Of a DNA stretch of 64,000 bases, positions 1 to 12,218 are shown in pieces (the first letter of the stretch is position 1; each line of letters begins with the position of its first letter). Below the pieces are notes generated by a model. That model saw only the letters and a program-made list of their open reading frames with translations. It ran no database searches and had not been told where the DNA came from. The position numbers were made by a program, and so were the translations under genes. Source of the stretch: Camelus dromedarius (lineage: Eukaryota); contig NC_087437.1 in NCBI RefSeq assembly GCF_036321535.1, positions 76,386,001-76,450,000 of the forward strand, in the 5' to 3' direction.

Positions 1-394
1 ATAGCCATTTTTCTCTTTTTTCTATTTAAAATTCATTATTTATTTTCTTCAACAGTACCAGTCATTCTTTCAGGTTTAAAACCATCAAGTTTAGAATTAA
101 ATATTTTAAAACAATTCCTCAATTGTATATTACTAAAAATATAATGGGTGATGGTAACATATATTTTTAAACATCCCATTTGTTCATTATTTCTGTTGGC
201 TATTTAGGCTTTACTCAGCTTAGGCAAAGCATGGATTGAGCACCAGCTTATGTTTTTTCGTCTTCTCTCATAAGTCATAAGGTCTATTTTGGAGCTTGGC
301 TGGAAGACTCTCCCTCCCTTATTCTTCCTGGACAAGAAAAGCATAGCCGGGAAGAAAAAACTTGATAAACCTCCTAAATTGTTACTGTGTTTTA

Positions 395-585
395 GGAACT
401 TGTTGTTATATCTGAAAGCCTCATAGCAATCTTATGAGGCAAATACTAACATTATTTTACTGAAGATCTGGAAGCCTGGGAAAGTGAAGAAAGTCATCTG
501 AAGTTAATTGCTAGTAACTAGTTGAACTAGGATTTAAGCCTGAAGGTCAGTCTGGTCTGAGTCTATAGTTGTAACACCACCCTAT
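395..585 (-). mobile_element. MIR SINE fragment
   Basis: Degenerate match to the MIR core (cctcatagcaatcttatgaggc...attttac...ctaggatttaagcc). Confidence 0.6.
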
Positions 586-614
586 GTATTTCACCTATCA
601 CTTTTGAGACAGTA

Positions 615-1074
615 CAGATAGCCCTGGACTTAAAACTTTTTGACTTTATGATGGTATGAAAGCAATATGCTTTTCAGTAGAAACTGTATTTTGAATTTTG
701 AATTTGGGTCTTTCCTAGGCTAGTAATGTGCGGACTGACACTCTCATGATGCTGGGCAGCGGCAGTCAGTCAGCCATGCCATCAGGAGGGTGAACAAGTG
801 ATACACTTAACAACCATTCTGCTTTTCACGTTCAGTGCAATGTTCGATAAACTACACGACATATTCAACACTTCAGTATAAAATAGGCTTTATGTTGGGT
901 GTTTTTAACCTAACTGTAGGCTAATGTATGTGTTTTGAGCATGTTTAAGGTAGGCTAGACTAAGCTGTGATGTTCAGGAGGTTAGGTGTATTAAATGTAT
1001 TTTTGACTTACAATACTTTCAGCTTATGATGGGTTCATAGGGATGTAACCGTATTGTAAGTCAAGGAAGATCTG
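615..1074 (-). mobile_element. Tigger5b/MER47-like non-autonomous TcMar-Tigger DNA transposon
   Basis: Termini TA|CAGATAGCCCTGGACTT and AAGTCAAGGAAGATCTG|TG. Internal ggttaggtgtattaaatg and aaataggcttt blocks typical of the MER47/Tigger5 group. Confidence 0.85.
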
Positions 1075-2329
1075 TGGTATTATTTTTATAGTTAAAATAC
1101 AAATGAATAAGCAGAAGTAGACCATTTTAGACTGTTCATGGACAGAACATTGGAATACCTCCCACTTTTCTTCATACATACTACAACTCTCTGAATATGT
1201 TTCATCTTAAAAAGAAACGGAAATGGTTCACAGTAACTTTTAAAAAGCTAACATTTGTTCTGCAGACTTGAGTCTGGTTCTCCTGTTTTCACATTCACTC
1301 AGCACCCACTGAGAACTCCCATTCATGTTGAGTCAGCTAGTAAGTGCATAGACAGTTCTAAAGCTTATGAGTAAGAGAATTGGGATGACTACCATCTTTA
1401 TTTTAAAGCCAAAATTTGAAGTTTGAATAAATGGCTTAGTCTCACCGATCCCCCTGTGAGACTAAGGTTTTATATCATTGACTCACTTGAAACTTAGTCA
1501 TCTATAAAGCAACTAGAACATAATGAAGAAGAGGAATAATTGTTTTATTTCTGTTATAAAGCATTTCAAAAACATGTATTTCTTGTTATCGACGTTGTGT
1601 GCTTTTATCCACTATTAGTTTTTTCCTGTAAGAGCTCTAAGCCTAAACTTGGCTTTCATCTGGAAAGTTTTCTGAGAATATTATCTTCCTCAGAAAGCTC
1701 ACAAAATGATAACTTGGCAAAAAAGGAAGCAGAGGCTTTTGTTCTGGGCCTTCCACCATATGATAAGAAGATTTTGCATAAATCCCACATTAAGAAAATT
1801 TTCTTGTATCACTGAGCTTGCAAGAAGAAAGGAAAATCTCCAAGAACCCCAAACACAGAAACACATGGAGAAGAAAATACACATGCACAAAAATCTATGA
1901 TGTAAAATCAGAGGAATGAGTAAGCTTCTGTGAAAAAGCAGGGTTACACTGCTTGTAATGCCTGTGTCAGAGCTAAGATAAGGAGACTAAGCCTTAGGCA
2001 TGTAACAAAGTGGAGTGGCTGATACCATGACTCCCAGATTAAGCTGTGGATTTTGGAATGGCCTAGAGTGTTCTCAAGTCAGCAGTGCTAACTGGATCTC
2101 AGAAAAAATTAATTATTCTCTGGATGATAGTATATTCAATTTAGCTTCCCATGATTTCCCAAATTATTGGAGAACTGTGTCTATTAAGAAAGGTGAGAAA
2201 AAGGAAAACAAGAATCCTCCTGCTTTAAGTTGAGACCCTCTCCATTCAGGGGAGGTTTACTTTTTCTCTTTTTTACCTTCTCTTCTTTCTTGAAGTAAAA
2301 CAGCTACACTCTAGAAGTAGTAGTGAACG

Positions 2330-5300
2330 AGAAACAAAGCAAACCCTTGCAGGGTCTGAACCCTAGCTTGAAATAATCTCAGCTTCTAAAATAACACTAA
2401 AGTGACCCTAGATTGTTAAAGCCCTTAACCACTTGCCAAAAGGAATATAAAAATCTCTCTCTGGAAAGATAATGTAGGCCTAAATTTCATTCTAAAAATT
2501 TTCAATATTCAATATCTGGCACTCAAGAAAATAAGTAATGAAAGGCACATAAGTATGTAAAAGAATATGATCAAAATTTAAGAGAAACAATAAATAATGT
2601 AAAAGAGCCACAGGAGTTCGAGAAAATGCAGGTACTGGATGCAGATTTTAAAGTAACTATGCTGACTATGTTCAAGGTAATTTTACCAGGGGATGAAATG
2701 GAAGCTTTATAACTAAAGTAAGTTTTTAAGATCCCTGAAATTAAGAATTTCATAATGAATATGGAATCAGATTAAATCCAGCAGAAGAGAGAATTAATGA
2801 ATCAGAAGATAGTTCAAAGAAAATATTGTTTAAAGATAGAAAGTAGCTAAAGTATTAGAGGATGCTGAGGGGATTGTCTGAGAAAGGTTTAACATGTGGC
2901 TAATCAGAGTTCCTGGAGGAGAGGAGAAAGAAAATAAAGCAGGAGTATATTTGAAGTAATAATGGACTTTTAATTTTTCAAAAATGATTGAAAACATCAA
3001 GCCACAGATTTAGGGTGCTTTATGAAACCCAAGCAGAGCAAATAAAAGCAAAATCACTCATAGATATGTAATAGTAAAACTGATGAACTACAAAGACAGA
3101 GAAATGCTTAAAAGCAGTTGGAAAACAGTTTTTGTAACTCCACAGGAATCAAAGAAGGATTAGCTGTCTAAACTCATGGTATGTAGCTAAAGCCATGCTG
3201 AGAGAGATTTTTAGTTTTAAATACATATATTAGAAAAGAAGAAAGATTCAAGTTAATGAGCTAAATAAAAACAGTAGAAGCTAGAGGACAATGAAGTAAG
3301 TGTTGAAAAATCCAAATGCTAATTTAGAATCCTTTTTCCACTGAAAATTTTCTTTATGAATGAAAGTGAAATAAAGGCATTTTCATACAACCAAAAACAG
3401 AAAATTCATCACTAGCAGATTCACACTAAAAGAAATACTAAAGCCTGTCCTTCAGTAGGAAAAGAGAAATGATTCCACACAGATGACTGGAAGTGCAAGG
3501 AAAAGTAAAGAGCACCAAAAAGGGCAAATATGTAAGCAAACCTAAAGAAATGTTTATTATTATTATTATTATCATCATCATTATCATCTTTGGAATTTAA
3601 AATATATGGAGTTAAAACACATGGTAACAGTGTCATATAAATCTGGAGTGGTAAACATGAGGTCACGTGCTCTAAGTTTGCTGCATTATCTTGGAAGAAA
3701 AGTACTAAATTATGTTAGACTCTGTTAAATCAAGAATCTGTGTTTTAATGGAATACTACTCAGCCATGAAAAGAATAAAATAATGCCATTTGCAGCAACA
3801 TGGTTGGACTTGGAGATCATCATACCAAGTGAAATGAGCCAGAAAGAGAAAGAAAAATATCATATGATGTCACTTGTATGTGGAATCTAAAAAAAGGACA
3901 CAAATGAACTTATTTACAAAACAGAGACAGACTCATAGACATAGAAAACAAACTTAGGGTTACTGGGAAAAAGAGAATGGGGAAGGACAAATTGGGATTT
4001 AAGCATTTGCAGATACAAACTACTATATATAAAATAGATAAACAACAAGGTCCTACTGTATAGCATAGGGGACTATATTTAATACCTTATAATAGCCTAT
4101 AATAAAAAAGAATATGAAAAGGAATATATTTTTAAAAGGATAAAGAGGGGAAAATCCATGTTTTAATACCTCAGGATAACTCTCCACCCCAATAAAAAAG
4201 AACAATAAAGAGTGTATAACTAAAATAGTCAGTTACTCAAAAAAGGTAAGAAAAAGTAACACTGGAAAAAAAAAAAAGCAACACTGAATGGTGATATTTT
4301 TAGCTTGATTCTTTGTGATCAGAGTAAGTTTACTAAAATTTAATATGTGCTAGGCCAGAAAGCATGTCTCAACATATTTTTTAAAGGGATAAACATAAAA
4401 TAGGATATGCTTACTGACCATAGTGGAATTAAGATAAAAGTCAATAAGATAAGTAGAAAATCCCCTAAATGTTTGGAAAACAAGCAATATGCTTCTAAAT
4501 AATCTGTGAGTCAAGGAAGAAATCACAATAGGAATTAGGAAACATTTTTAAATGTTAGAAAAAAATACAACCTGGCAAGCTCATGTTATGGAGCTATGCT
4601 GAAAGAGAAATTTTTTAGTTTTAAATGCATCTATTAGAAGAGAAGAAAGGTTAACTGAGTTAAGCATCTATTTCAGGAAGTTAGGAAAAAAACAGCAAAT
4701 GAACCTTGAAGAGAGTAGAGAGAGGATAGAAATATTAAAGAAAATAAATCAGTGGTAGATTTTTGAAAAAATTTTATAGATCAACAAAACCAAGAAGTGG
4801 TACATTGGGAAGAAAAATAAAATTGACAAACCTATTATGAGACTGATTAAGGCAAAAAAAAAGACAGAGTGGAGAAGGCAGAAATACTTAACATTGGAAA
4901 TAAAAAGGTGACATTTCTGTACTTCCTGTTTCTATGCCAATTAATTTGAAAATTTACATAAAATTAACAAAGTTTTAGAAAAATATAACATTAAAACTGA
5001 TACAAGAAAAAGTAGAAAATTTGAATATTCTTGAATAAAGATATTTGCCAGTGAATTTTAAAAAAATATTTAAGAAAAAAATGCTAGTTTTATTATAAAT
5101 TTATTATTTTTCCTGGAGAACAAAATAGGAAGAAACACTCCCAGCTTACTTTACGAGGCCAGTATAATTTTTATAATAAAAATTTTACGAGGTTTCAAAA
5201 ATGAAAATTATAGGCCAAACTGACTCATAGTTGTGGAAGTGCAGTTAGGAAACTGAATCAAGCAATATGTAAACTATTGACCTAGTTTGATACAGGATAG

Positions 5301-6236
5301 TCCAAAACAAACAAAACAAACTATAGCAAGCATTATATTTAATGGTGAAATGTTTCTCTCTGAGATAAGAACGATGTAAGGGTATTACCTATCATCACTT
5401 TAAGTCAACATTTTAGTATATGCCCTAGCCAGTACAATAAATCAGGAAAAGAAGTTAAAATATTATAATTGGAAAGGAAATATCATTATTCATGCACAAT
5501 ATAATTTTCTACTTAGAAATCTGGACTAATCACTAATAAATGATTAGAACTAATAAATAATTTTAGCAGATTTGCTGCATTATTTTTATGTATCAGTAAT
5601 GAGTTAGAAAATGAAATAAAATAACAATTGCAGTATCATTAAAAAGAACACAACAAATACCTAGGAATAAATCTGACAAAAGTTGTGCAAGACCACTATT
5701 CAAAAAACAATAAAAAATAAGGAGAGAAAAAAATTTAAAGTCTAAATAAATGGAAGAATATACCATATTCATGGCTTGAGTCAGTATTTTAAAGATGTCA
5801 GTTCTCCCCAATATGAGTGACTGGATTCAGTGCAATCCCAATGAAAATTCTGGTTTTTATGTAGAAATCAACAAGTGCATTCTAAAGCTTATATAACAAT
5901 GCAAAGAGCCAAGAGTCAAGAATAATCAGCTATCCAGAAGAACACGGTGAGAGAACTTGCTCTCTCTGATATTAAGCTAATTAGGAAGTTACAGTAATTA
6001 CAATAATAGATGCTGGCACAAGATGGATAAATAGACCACTGTAACCAAACAGTGCCCAGAAGCAAACCCATACGTATATGTCTGCTTGATTTGTGATAAA
6101 GAAGGAATTACTGGACAGCGTGAAAAGGGAGATCTTTCAACAAATACTGTAGATGAACCTCATATCCACATAGACAAAAGTGATAATCTCTACTTGATAA
6201 CACATGCGAGTATCAATTCTAGATGGATGTTAGATC
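2330..6236 (+). mobile_element. Ancient, heavily decayed L1 (ORF1 remnant, spacer, internally deleted ORF2)
   Basis: A-rich strand with ORF1-like (taatcagagttcctggaggagagg) and ORF2-like segments (ctgaccatagtggaatt, aaattgacaaacct, aaatacctaggaataaatct, ttcagtgcaatcccaat). No long ORF. Confidence 0.8.
3750..4152 (+). mobile_element. 5'-truncated younger L1 3' end inserted in the ancient L1
   Basis: End of ORF2 (...[34 protein letters not shown]) plus 3' UTR. TSD AATCTGTGTTTTAAT (3735-3749) / AATCCATGTTTTAAT (4153-4167). Confidence 0.9.
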
Positions 6237-6538
6237 TTTTATAGTATTATTAATAAAAATGGGCATGACTATCCATAGTTTTTATTAATAATAATATATA
6301 TAAGTCATTAATCTAGCCAAAATTTGTTGACTTTATTAATATTTTAGAAACTAACATAGAATACAATGAACAATTTTGTGCCAATTTATTGAAAACTTAG
6401 ACAAAATTTCTTAGAAAAATGACTTACCAAAGTCAATTCAAGAAGAAATGGAAAGCCTCAATAATCTTTGGATCATTATCTTCACAAAAAAGAAAGAAAA
6501 CAGGGACAACTGGTTTTAAAGGAAACTTCTATAAAGCA

Positions 6539-6607
6539 TTTAAGGAGAGATGATTACAATTCTACTAAATGTTTAAGGAGAGATGATTACAATTCTACTA
6601 AATGTTT
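6539..6607 (+). repeat. Perfect 33-bp tandem duplication
   Basis: TTTAAGGAGAGATGATTACAATTCTACTAAATG at 6539-6571 and 6572-6604, plus TTT. Confidence 0.95.
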
Positions 6608-6684
6608 TCTTGGGAATAGAAAAAGAGGAAATATTTCAAACTCATAAACTAGTTTGGCCTTGAAACAAAATCATAAACAGGTAT

Positions 6685-7210
6685 TGTGGTAGATTAAAAA
6701 AAAAGTGTATGCACATTCTTTTCATCAGGATGAGGGCTTCATATCCTTTCCTCTGTGATATTCACTGCTTGTGACTGTTTTATCAATAAAGGATGACAGA
6801 TAGCAGAAATTGTGTTTCCAGTTGTGGACCTAGCTTTTAGAAGGACTGACAGGTACTGCGTTGGTCTCTCGGAGCTCTGAGCCTCTATTAAGTAGTGTGA
6901 CTACCCTGTTATACAGACCATGGAGAGGCCCTGATACTATCTGGAGGAACCCAGCTGAGCTTAACATTCCAGCCTTCCCTGTTAAGGCACCAGACTTTTA
7001 AATGAATTTGTCTTAAACTTCGGCCCAGTCCAGTCACTAGCTGAATACACTGAGTGATCCCAGTTGTGCCACAAGAACTGAGAATTTTCCCAGTTGAAAA
7101 AAAACCCTGCCCAAGTTTTCAACCCAATAAAATCAGGAGACAATGTAAGTGTTGTTTTAAGCCTCTATGTTGGGGAGAACCTTGTTCTGCAGCAATAAAT
7201 AACTGGAAAA
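6685..7210 (+). mobile_element. MaLR solo LTR (MLT1G/H-like)
   Basis: Starts TGTGGTAGATT. 3' end gttgttttaagcctctatgttgggg...ttgttctgcagcaataaataact is typical of MLT1. Confidence 0.8.
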
Positions 7211-7994
7211 GACTGTATGAAGGAGCATATTTGCATTTCAATATCAGGTATGAACACAGATGCAATAATTCTAAACAAATTATTTGCAAATGAAGTTCAG
7301 TGAAGTATAAAAAAAGAACATATTGTGACCAAATTGGGTTTTTCCAAATATGCAAGAGCGTTTATTATTAGAAACATCATTCATGTAATGTAATGAATGT
7401 AATTTGCTGCAGTAATAGATTAAAATTTAACTTTATTTCAGTAAATGCAAAAAAAGCATTGACATGTCAACAGATATTCGTTATAAACACTCAGAAAAAT
7501 AGGATTAAAGAATATTTTTAAATTTTGGTAAAGAATCTTTCAAAAATGAACTGCAAACATTCTTAATGGCAAAATGTATTAGCATTTCATTTAAAATCAG
7601 GAGGTTGTCTATTTTCAACATTTCTACTTGACATTGTACTAGAGATCCTAGCTTACATGGTAATACATGAAAAAATAGAAAGTGTTAAAAATACTATTTA
7701 TAAAAGCAACAAAAATAAATACAACGTAACAAGTCTAACAAAAGATAGGCAAAACCAAATAGAAACTATTTAAAACTTTGTTGAAAGATATTAAAGAAGA
7801 CCTATATAAATGGAAAGGCATAGTATTTCATGGATAGGAAGATTCAAATCATTAAGATTTGTGTTTTAAATTAATCTTTAGAATTGATAAAATTCCAATA
7901 AAAATTTCAACAGTTTTGTTTTAGTGAAATTTGACAAACTGATACTAAAATTTTATATGAAACAGAAAAACCCCAAAGATAGACAAGACATCTT

Positions 7995-9471
7995 TCTTTT
8001 TTAAATTTTAGTTTATATTGACATATAGTTCATTTACAAAATAGCTTCAAGTGTATGGCAAAGTGATTCAGTTATACATATACATACATATATATTTTCT
8101 TTTCAGATTCTTTCTGTTATATGTTAATAAGAAATTTAATATAGTTCCCTGTGCTATACAGTAGTTCCTTGTTGTTTATTTTGTATGTAGTAATGTGTAT
8201 CTGTTAATCCCAGACTCCTAATTTATTCCTCCCCCACCCTTTTGGTAACCATAGTTTGTTTTCTATGTCCATGAGTCTGTTTTTGGTTTGTAAATGGAAT
8301 TTTTTATTATTTTTCTTTAGATTACACATATAAGTGAAATCATATGATATTTGTCTTTGTCTGACTTACTTCCCTTAATATGTTAATCTCTAGGTCCATC
8401 CATGTTGCTGCAAATGGCATTATTACATTCTTTTTTATCGCTGAGTAATATTCCATTATATATATTATATATATATAAATAATATATATCTATAGCACAT
8501 CTTCTTAATCCAGTCATCTGTCAATGGACATTTAGATTATTTCCATGTCTTGGCCATTGTAAATAGTGCTGCTGTGAACATTGGTGTACATGTGTCTTTT
8601 CAAATTATAGTTTTCTCCAGATATATGCTCAGGATTGGGATTGCTGATCATATAGTAAGTCTATTTTTAGTTTTTTAAGGAACCTCCATATTGTCCTTCA
8701 CAGTGGCTGCACCCATTTACATTCCCACCTTTACTGTAGGAAGGTTTTTCTCCGCATCCTCTCCAGAATTTATTATTTGTGGATTTTTTTAAAGATGGCC
8801 ATTCTGACTGGTGTGAGGTGATATCTCATTGTAGTTTTGATTTGCATTTCTCTAATAATTAGAGATATTGAACATCTTTTCATGTGCCTGTTGCCCATCT
8901 GGATGTCTTCTTTGGAGAAATGTCTATTTAGATCTTTTGCCATTTTTTGATTGGGTTGTTTGTTTTTTTGATAGTAAGCTGTGTGGGCTGTTTATATATT
9001 TTGGAAATTAGTCCTTTGTCGGTCGTGTCATTTGCAAATATTTTGTCCCATTCTGTATGTTGTCTTTTCGTTTTGTTTATGGTTTCCTTTGCTGTGCAAA
9101 AGCTTTTAAATTTAATTAGGTCCCATTTGTTTATTTTTGCTTTTATTTCCAATACTCTAGGAGCTGGCTTGAAAAAAAAAAATATTGCTTTAATTTATGC
9201 CAAAGAGTGTTCTGCCTATGTTTCCCTTTAGGAGTTTTAGCGTATCTGGTCTTACATTTAGGTCTTTAATCCATTTCGAGTTTGTTTTTGTAAATGGTGT
9301 TAGAGAATGTTCTAATTTCATTCTCTTGCATGTAGCTGTTCAGTTTTCCTAGTACCACTTATTGAAGAGACTGTCTTTTCTCCATTGTACATCCTTGCGT
9401 CCTTTGTCGTGGATTGACCACAGTACATAGGTTTATTTCTGGACTTTCTATCCTATTCCATTGATTTATAC
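7995..9471 (-). mobile_element. 5'-truncated L1 (ORF2 C-terminus and 3' UTR), intermediate age
   Basis: ORF 8928-9152 is L1 ORF2 (INKWDLIK...FCTAKETI...[10 protein letters not shown]). T-rich tail at the left end. Approximate TSD AGACAAGACATCTT / AGACAAGATATTCTT. Confidence 0.92.
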
Positions 9472-10277
9472 AGACAAGATATTCTTGAAGAAGAAAAATA
9501 AAGTGGTAGGACTTGCTATATCAGCTATCATGATATGTTATAGAGCTATAGTGGTTATTGTTAAAGGATAAGCATACTGATCAATGGAACTGAACAGAGT
9601 TCCCAAATAATATATAAAAATATAATATTTGATATATGTATAAGATATATAATAATCAAGAAGTACTAAATGTAAAATAAATATTTCAGTTGCAATAAGC
9701 AATTTATAAGTTTAATAAACTATCACTCAGAAAGGAGGATATACAGGAAATCTGATTTTCAAGGACAGAAAATTCATGACAATTAAAATTGTTGTATCTG
9801 CACCTAAGGAGAACACACAACTCTGTCACGGCTCCAGTGAACATTCTGTTCCCTCTGCTGCCTGACTAGTTTCTAATCATTGAAAAAATATGTTTCAGAT
9901 ACTGAGATGTTCCCTCCTTAATTAAGTTTCTCTGGGCTAGCTTAAAGAACAGGTCATCGGTCTCTTTGCTGTACTGTCTTTGTGAGGAATATAAATTACT
10001 AATGTATTTTTGAACTAGAATCACAGTAATGCAATTTGTTTATATGTTTGCTCTATCAGATTGAGTTTCTTGAAGATAAACAGCCCTTTTTATAGACTGC
10101 GATTTTGGCCAGTCTGTGTGCTAGGTACTGAAGATACAGATATAATTATGTGTTGAGAACGTGGTTGGATTCATGAAAAGGGTTGAGAGAAAAAGGAAAG
10201 AAAAGAAGAAAGAATGGAGAGATAGTAACTTATTTTGAATTATTCAGCACTGTGCCAAGAACATTAACATATATGGA

Positions 10278-10456
10278 GTCATGGAATTATAGAGCTGGAA
10301 GGGACTTTAAGGCCATCTATCAAATCCTTTTATTTTACAAAAACAACTAAGCCCTGAAGAGGTTTTGTGACTCATTCAAGGACACCTGGCTCTTTGGTCG
10401 TGGAAATTACTGAAGTCCAGACATCCTGACTCGTAGGCCAGTGTTATTTCCCTATG
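10278..10456 (-). mobile_element. MIR3-like SINE
   Basis: agagctggaagggactttaaggccatct...attttacaa...gaggttttgtgactcattcaagg. Confidence 0.7.
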
Positions 10457-11563
10457 TCATATTGCATCTAGTCCTGGCCTCTCTAAAATAAAAGGACGGA
10501 ATTTAGTATCTGAAAACTCATGCGTATTATCTGACCATGACACATGTCCACTATGTCCTAATGCTTCTAAAATAATGGTTTTAAGTTTGCTTAAGAGGTT
10601 GTTTTGTATCTTCCTGTGAAAAATCAGGTATACATACCTTAAGATTATGTGATTTAATATTAAATTATGTACCATGGTTTAGTCCCTATATTATTTGTAA
10701 AACCCAAATATCGTCAAGTTATTCTAATTTATGTTAGAAAAACATCTGAACCCTGGGCTGGACAAGTAGCATTATTCAGATGTATGTAAATTTACAGAAT
10801 TAAGTATTTTTAATGTTTAGATTATGTGATTGTCCCTAATTACATCAGGTCAAAACCTCTTCTTAAAATTTTGTTTCAACCTGAGTTATATCCAATCAAT
10901 TAAGACACTGTTAGTTAATATCTGCTTTTATAATTTTACATAGTTTAATAATCCACTTAATGTGATTTAATTTTCTAAAGCCTGAAGTGTTTTTTAATAA
11001 GCTTTGCCTTCAAATCCTAATAGGATTCTTTCCCTTTCATAAAAAAGTTGTCTCATTTATATTGCAAGAACTACACACAAAATAAAATATTTTTCCTGGC
11101 TTATAATGATGTCTCAATATGAACCTGTATCATTCATTAATTAAGCCACCTAATTAACTAAAAAAAATTGACTGAATAACCACTTATCATTTGTCAGAGA
11201 GCTAAACTCAACAGAATTTTCCTTGTTCTCTGGAGATGGAAGGTAAAGAAAGGGGAGCCATTGAGAACATAGATAAAAGATAGTCAAAACAGCATCTAGT
11301 TTCTGCTTTCTGGGTCTCTAGAGACGTCCTAGACATGTTCCAGGATGTATTGGAAATTTTCTCCTGTCTTCCCTGACCTCTCCAAAAGCAGGTATTTGAT
11401 TAATCAATTTGAAATTCTCAGCTTTTCCTAAAACCAGATCTCTGAAAGCATAACTATATCAATAATAGATTGCTGCGTCAGGCCTGTTTATTGATACCCT
11501 CAGAAGTTACGTTGTTTGAATGTCATGAATAGGATTTGACTGCACTGCAGTTCCACTGTTCCC

Positions 11564-11570
11564 GTGTGTG

Positions 11571-11608
<38 letters not shown>

Positions 11609-11616
11609 TGTGTGTC
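11564..11616 (+). repeat. (TG)n microsatellite, interrupted
   Basis: Directly visible TG run. Confidence 0.95.
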
Positions 11617-11619
11617 TTA

Positions 11620-12218
11620 ACCTGTGTCTTACTCTACTTACTCATTTCTAAATGGGGAAGACAACTTTCCTGGAGCTGAGAGCTTGAGGGAGCTGTTCTG
11701 AAGCAGGAATGAGTGCTGTTGTGTTGCTCTGCCCTGGTGCCCTGCTCCTTTGGGGCCAGTACTCTGTGGTTTTGCTGGGGGCAGCCAGTCACACCATCAC
11801 AGGCCCAGTGTGATCACACAGGGAGACAACCAGCCTGACTGTGGCCAACCAGTGACCTGGCCAGGGAGCAGCAAGGGGCCTAGGCCATGTTAGCCAGGGC
11901 CCTCTGGGATGTTCTAAACTGAAGTTGAGAGAGAAAAAAATCTCTCTCCTCTGTGTTTAGAGGCTGTGAAAATGTGATTGTGTCACCTGCCACGTGAAAA
12001 TACTGAGACAGGCGTACCATCATGCAGTGCTGAATAGAACAGAGCAAAGTGAGAAAGCAGAGACAGGACCGACAACATCTCATCCCTGGTCCTGGCCCTG
12101 TTCCCAAAGGAGCCCTCATTCCTTTTGTTCTTTCTTTGATTCTGGGGCATGATCCAGGATCTTCAGGAAATACTCTTTTCACGCAAATGTATTTGGGTTG
12201 TGTTTCCTGATAATACCA
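11620..12218 (+). mobile_element. Old MaLR LTR (MLT1J/K/L-like)
   Basis: ggcccagtgtgatcacac, ccagtgacctggcc and a 3' end atttgggttgtgtttcctgataatacca resembling old MLT1 LTRs. Confidence 0.55.

Larger units (their letters stand above)
6335..9610 (+). mobile_element. Second ancient L1 ORF2 fragment, host to an MLT1 LTR and a younger L1
   Basis: ORF2-like segments continue on both sides of the inserts, e.g. ccccaaagatagacaagaca|ttcttgaagaagaaaaataaagtgg (PRIAK-ILKKKNK region). Confidence 0.75.

Noticed and set aside
6539..6607. Direct repeats as a CRISPR-like array
   Set aside because: Two adjacent units with no spacer, in a mammalian genome.
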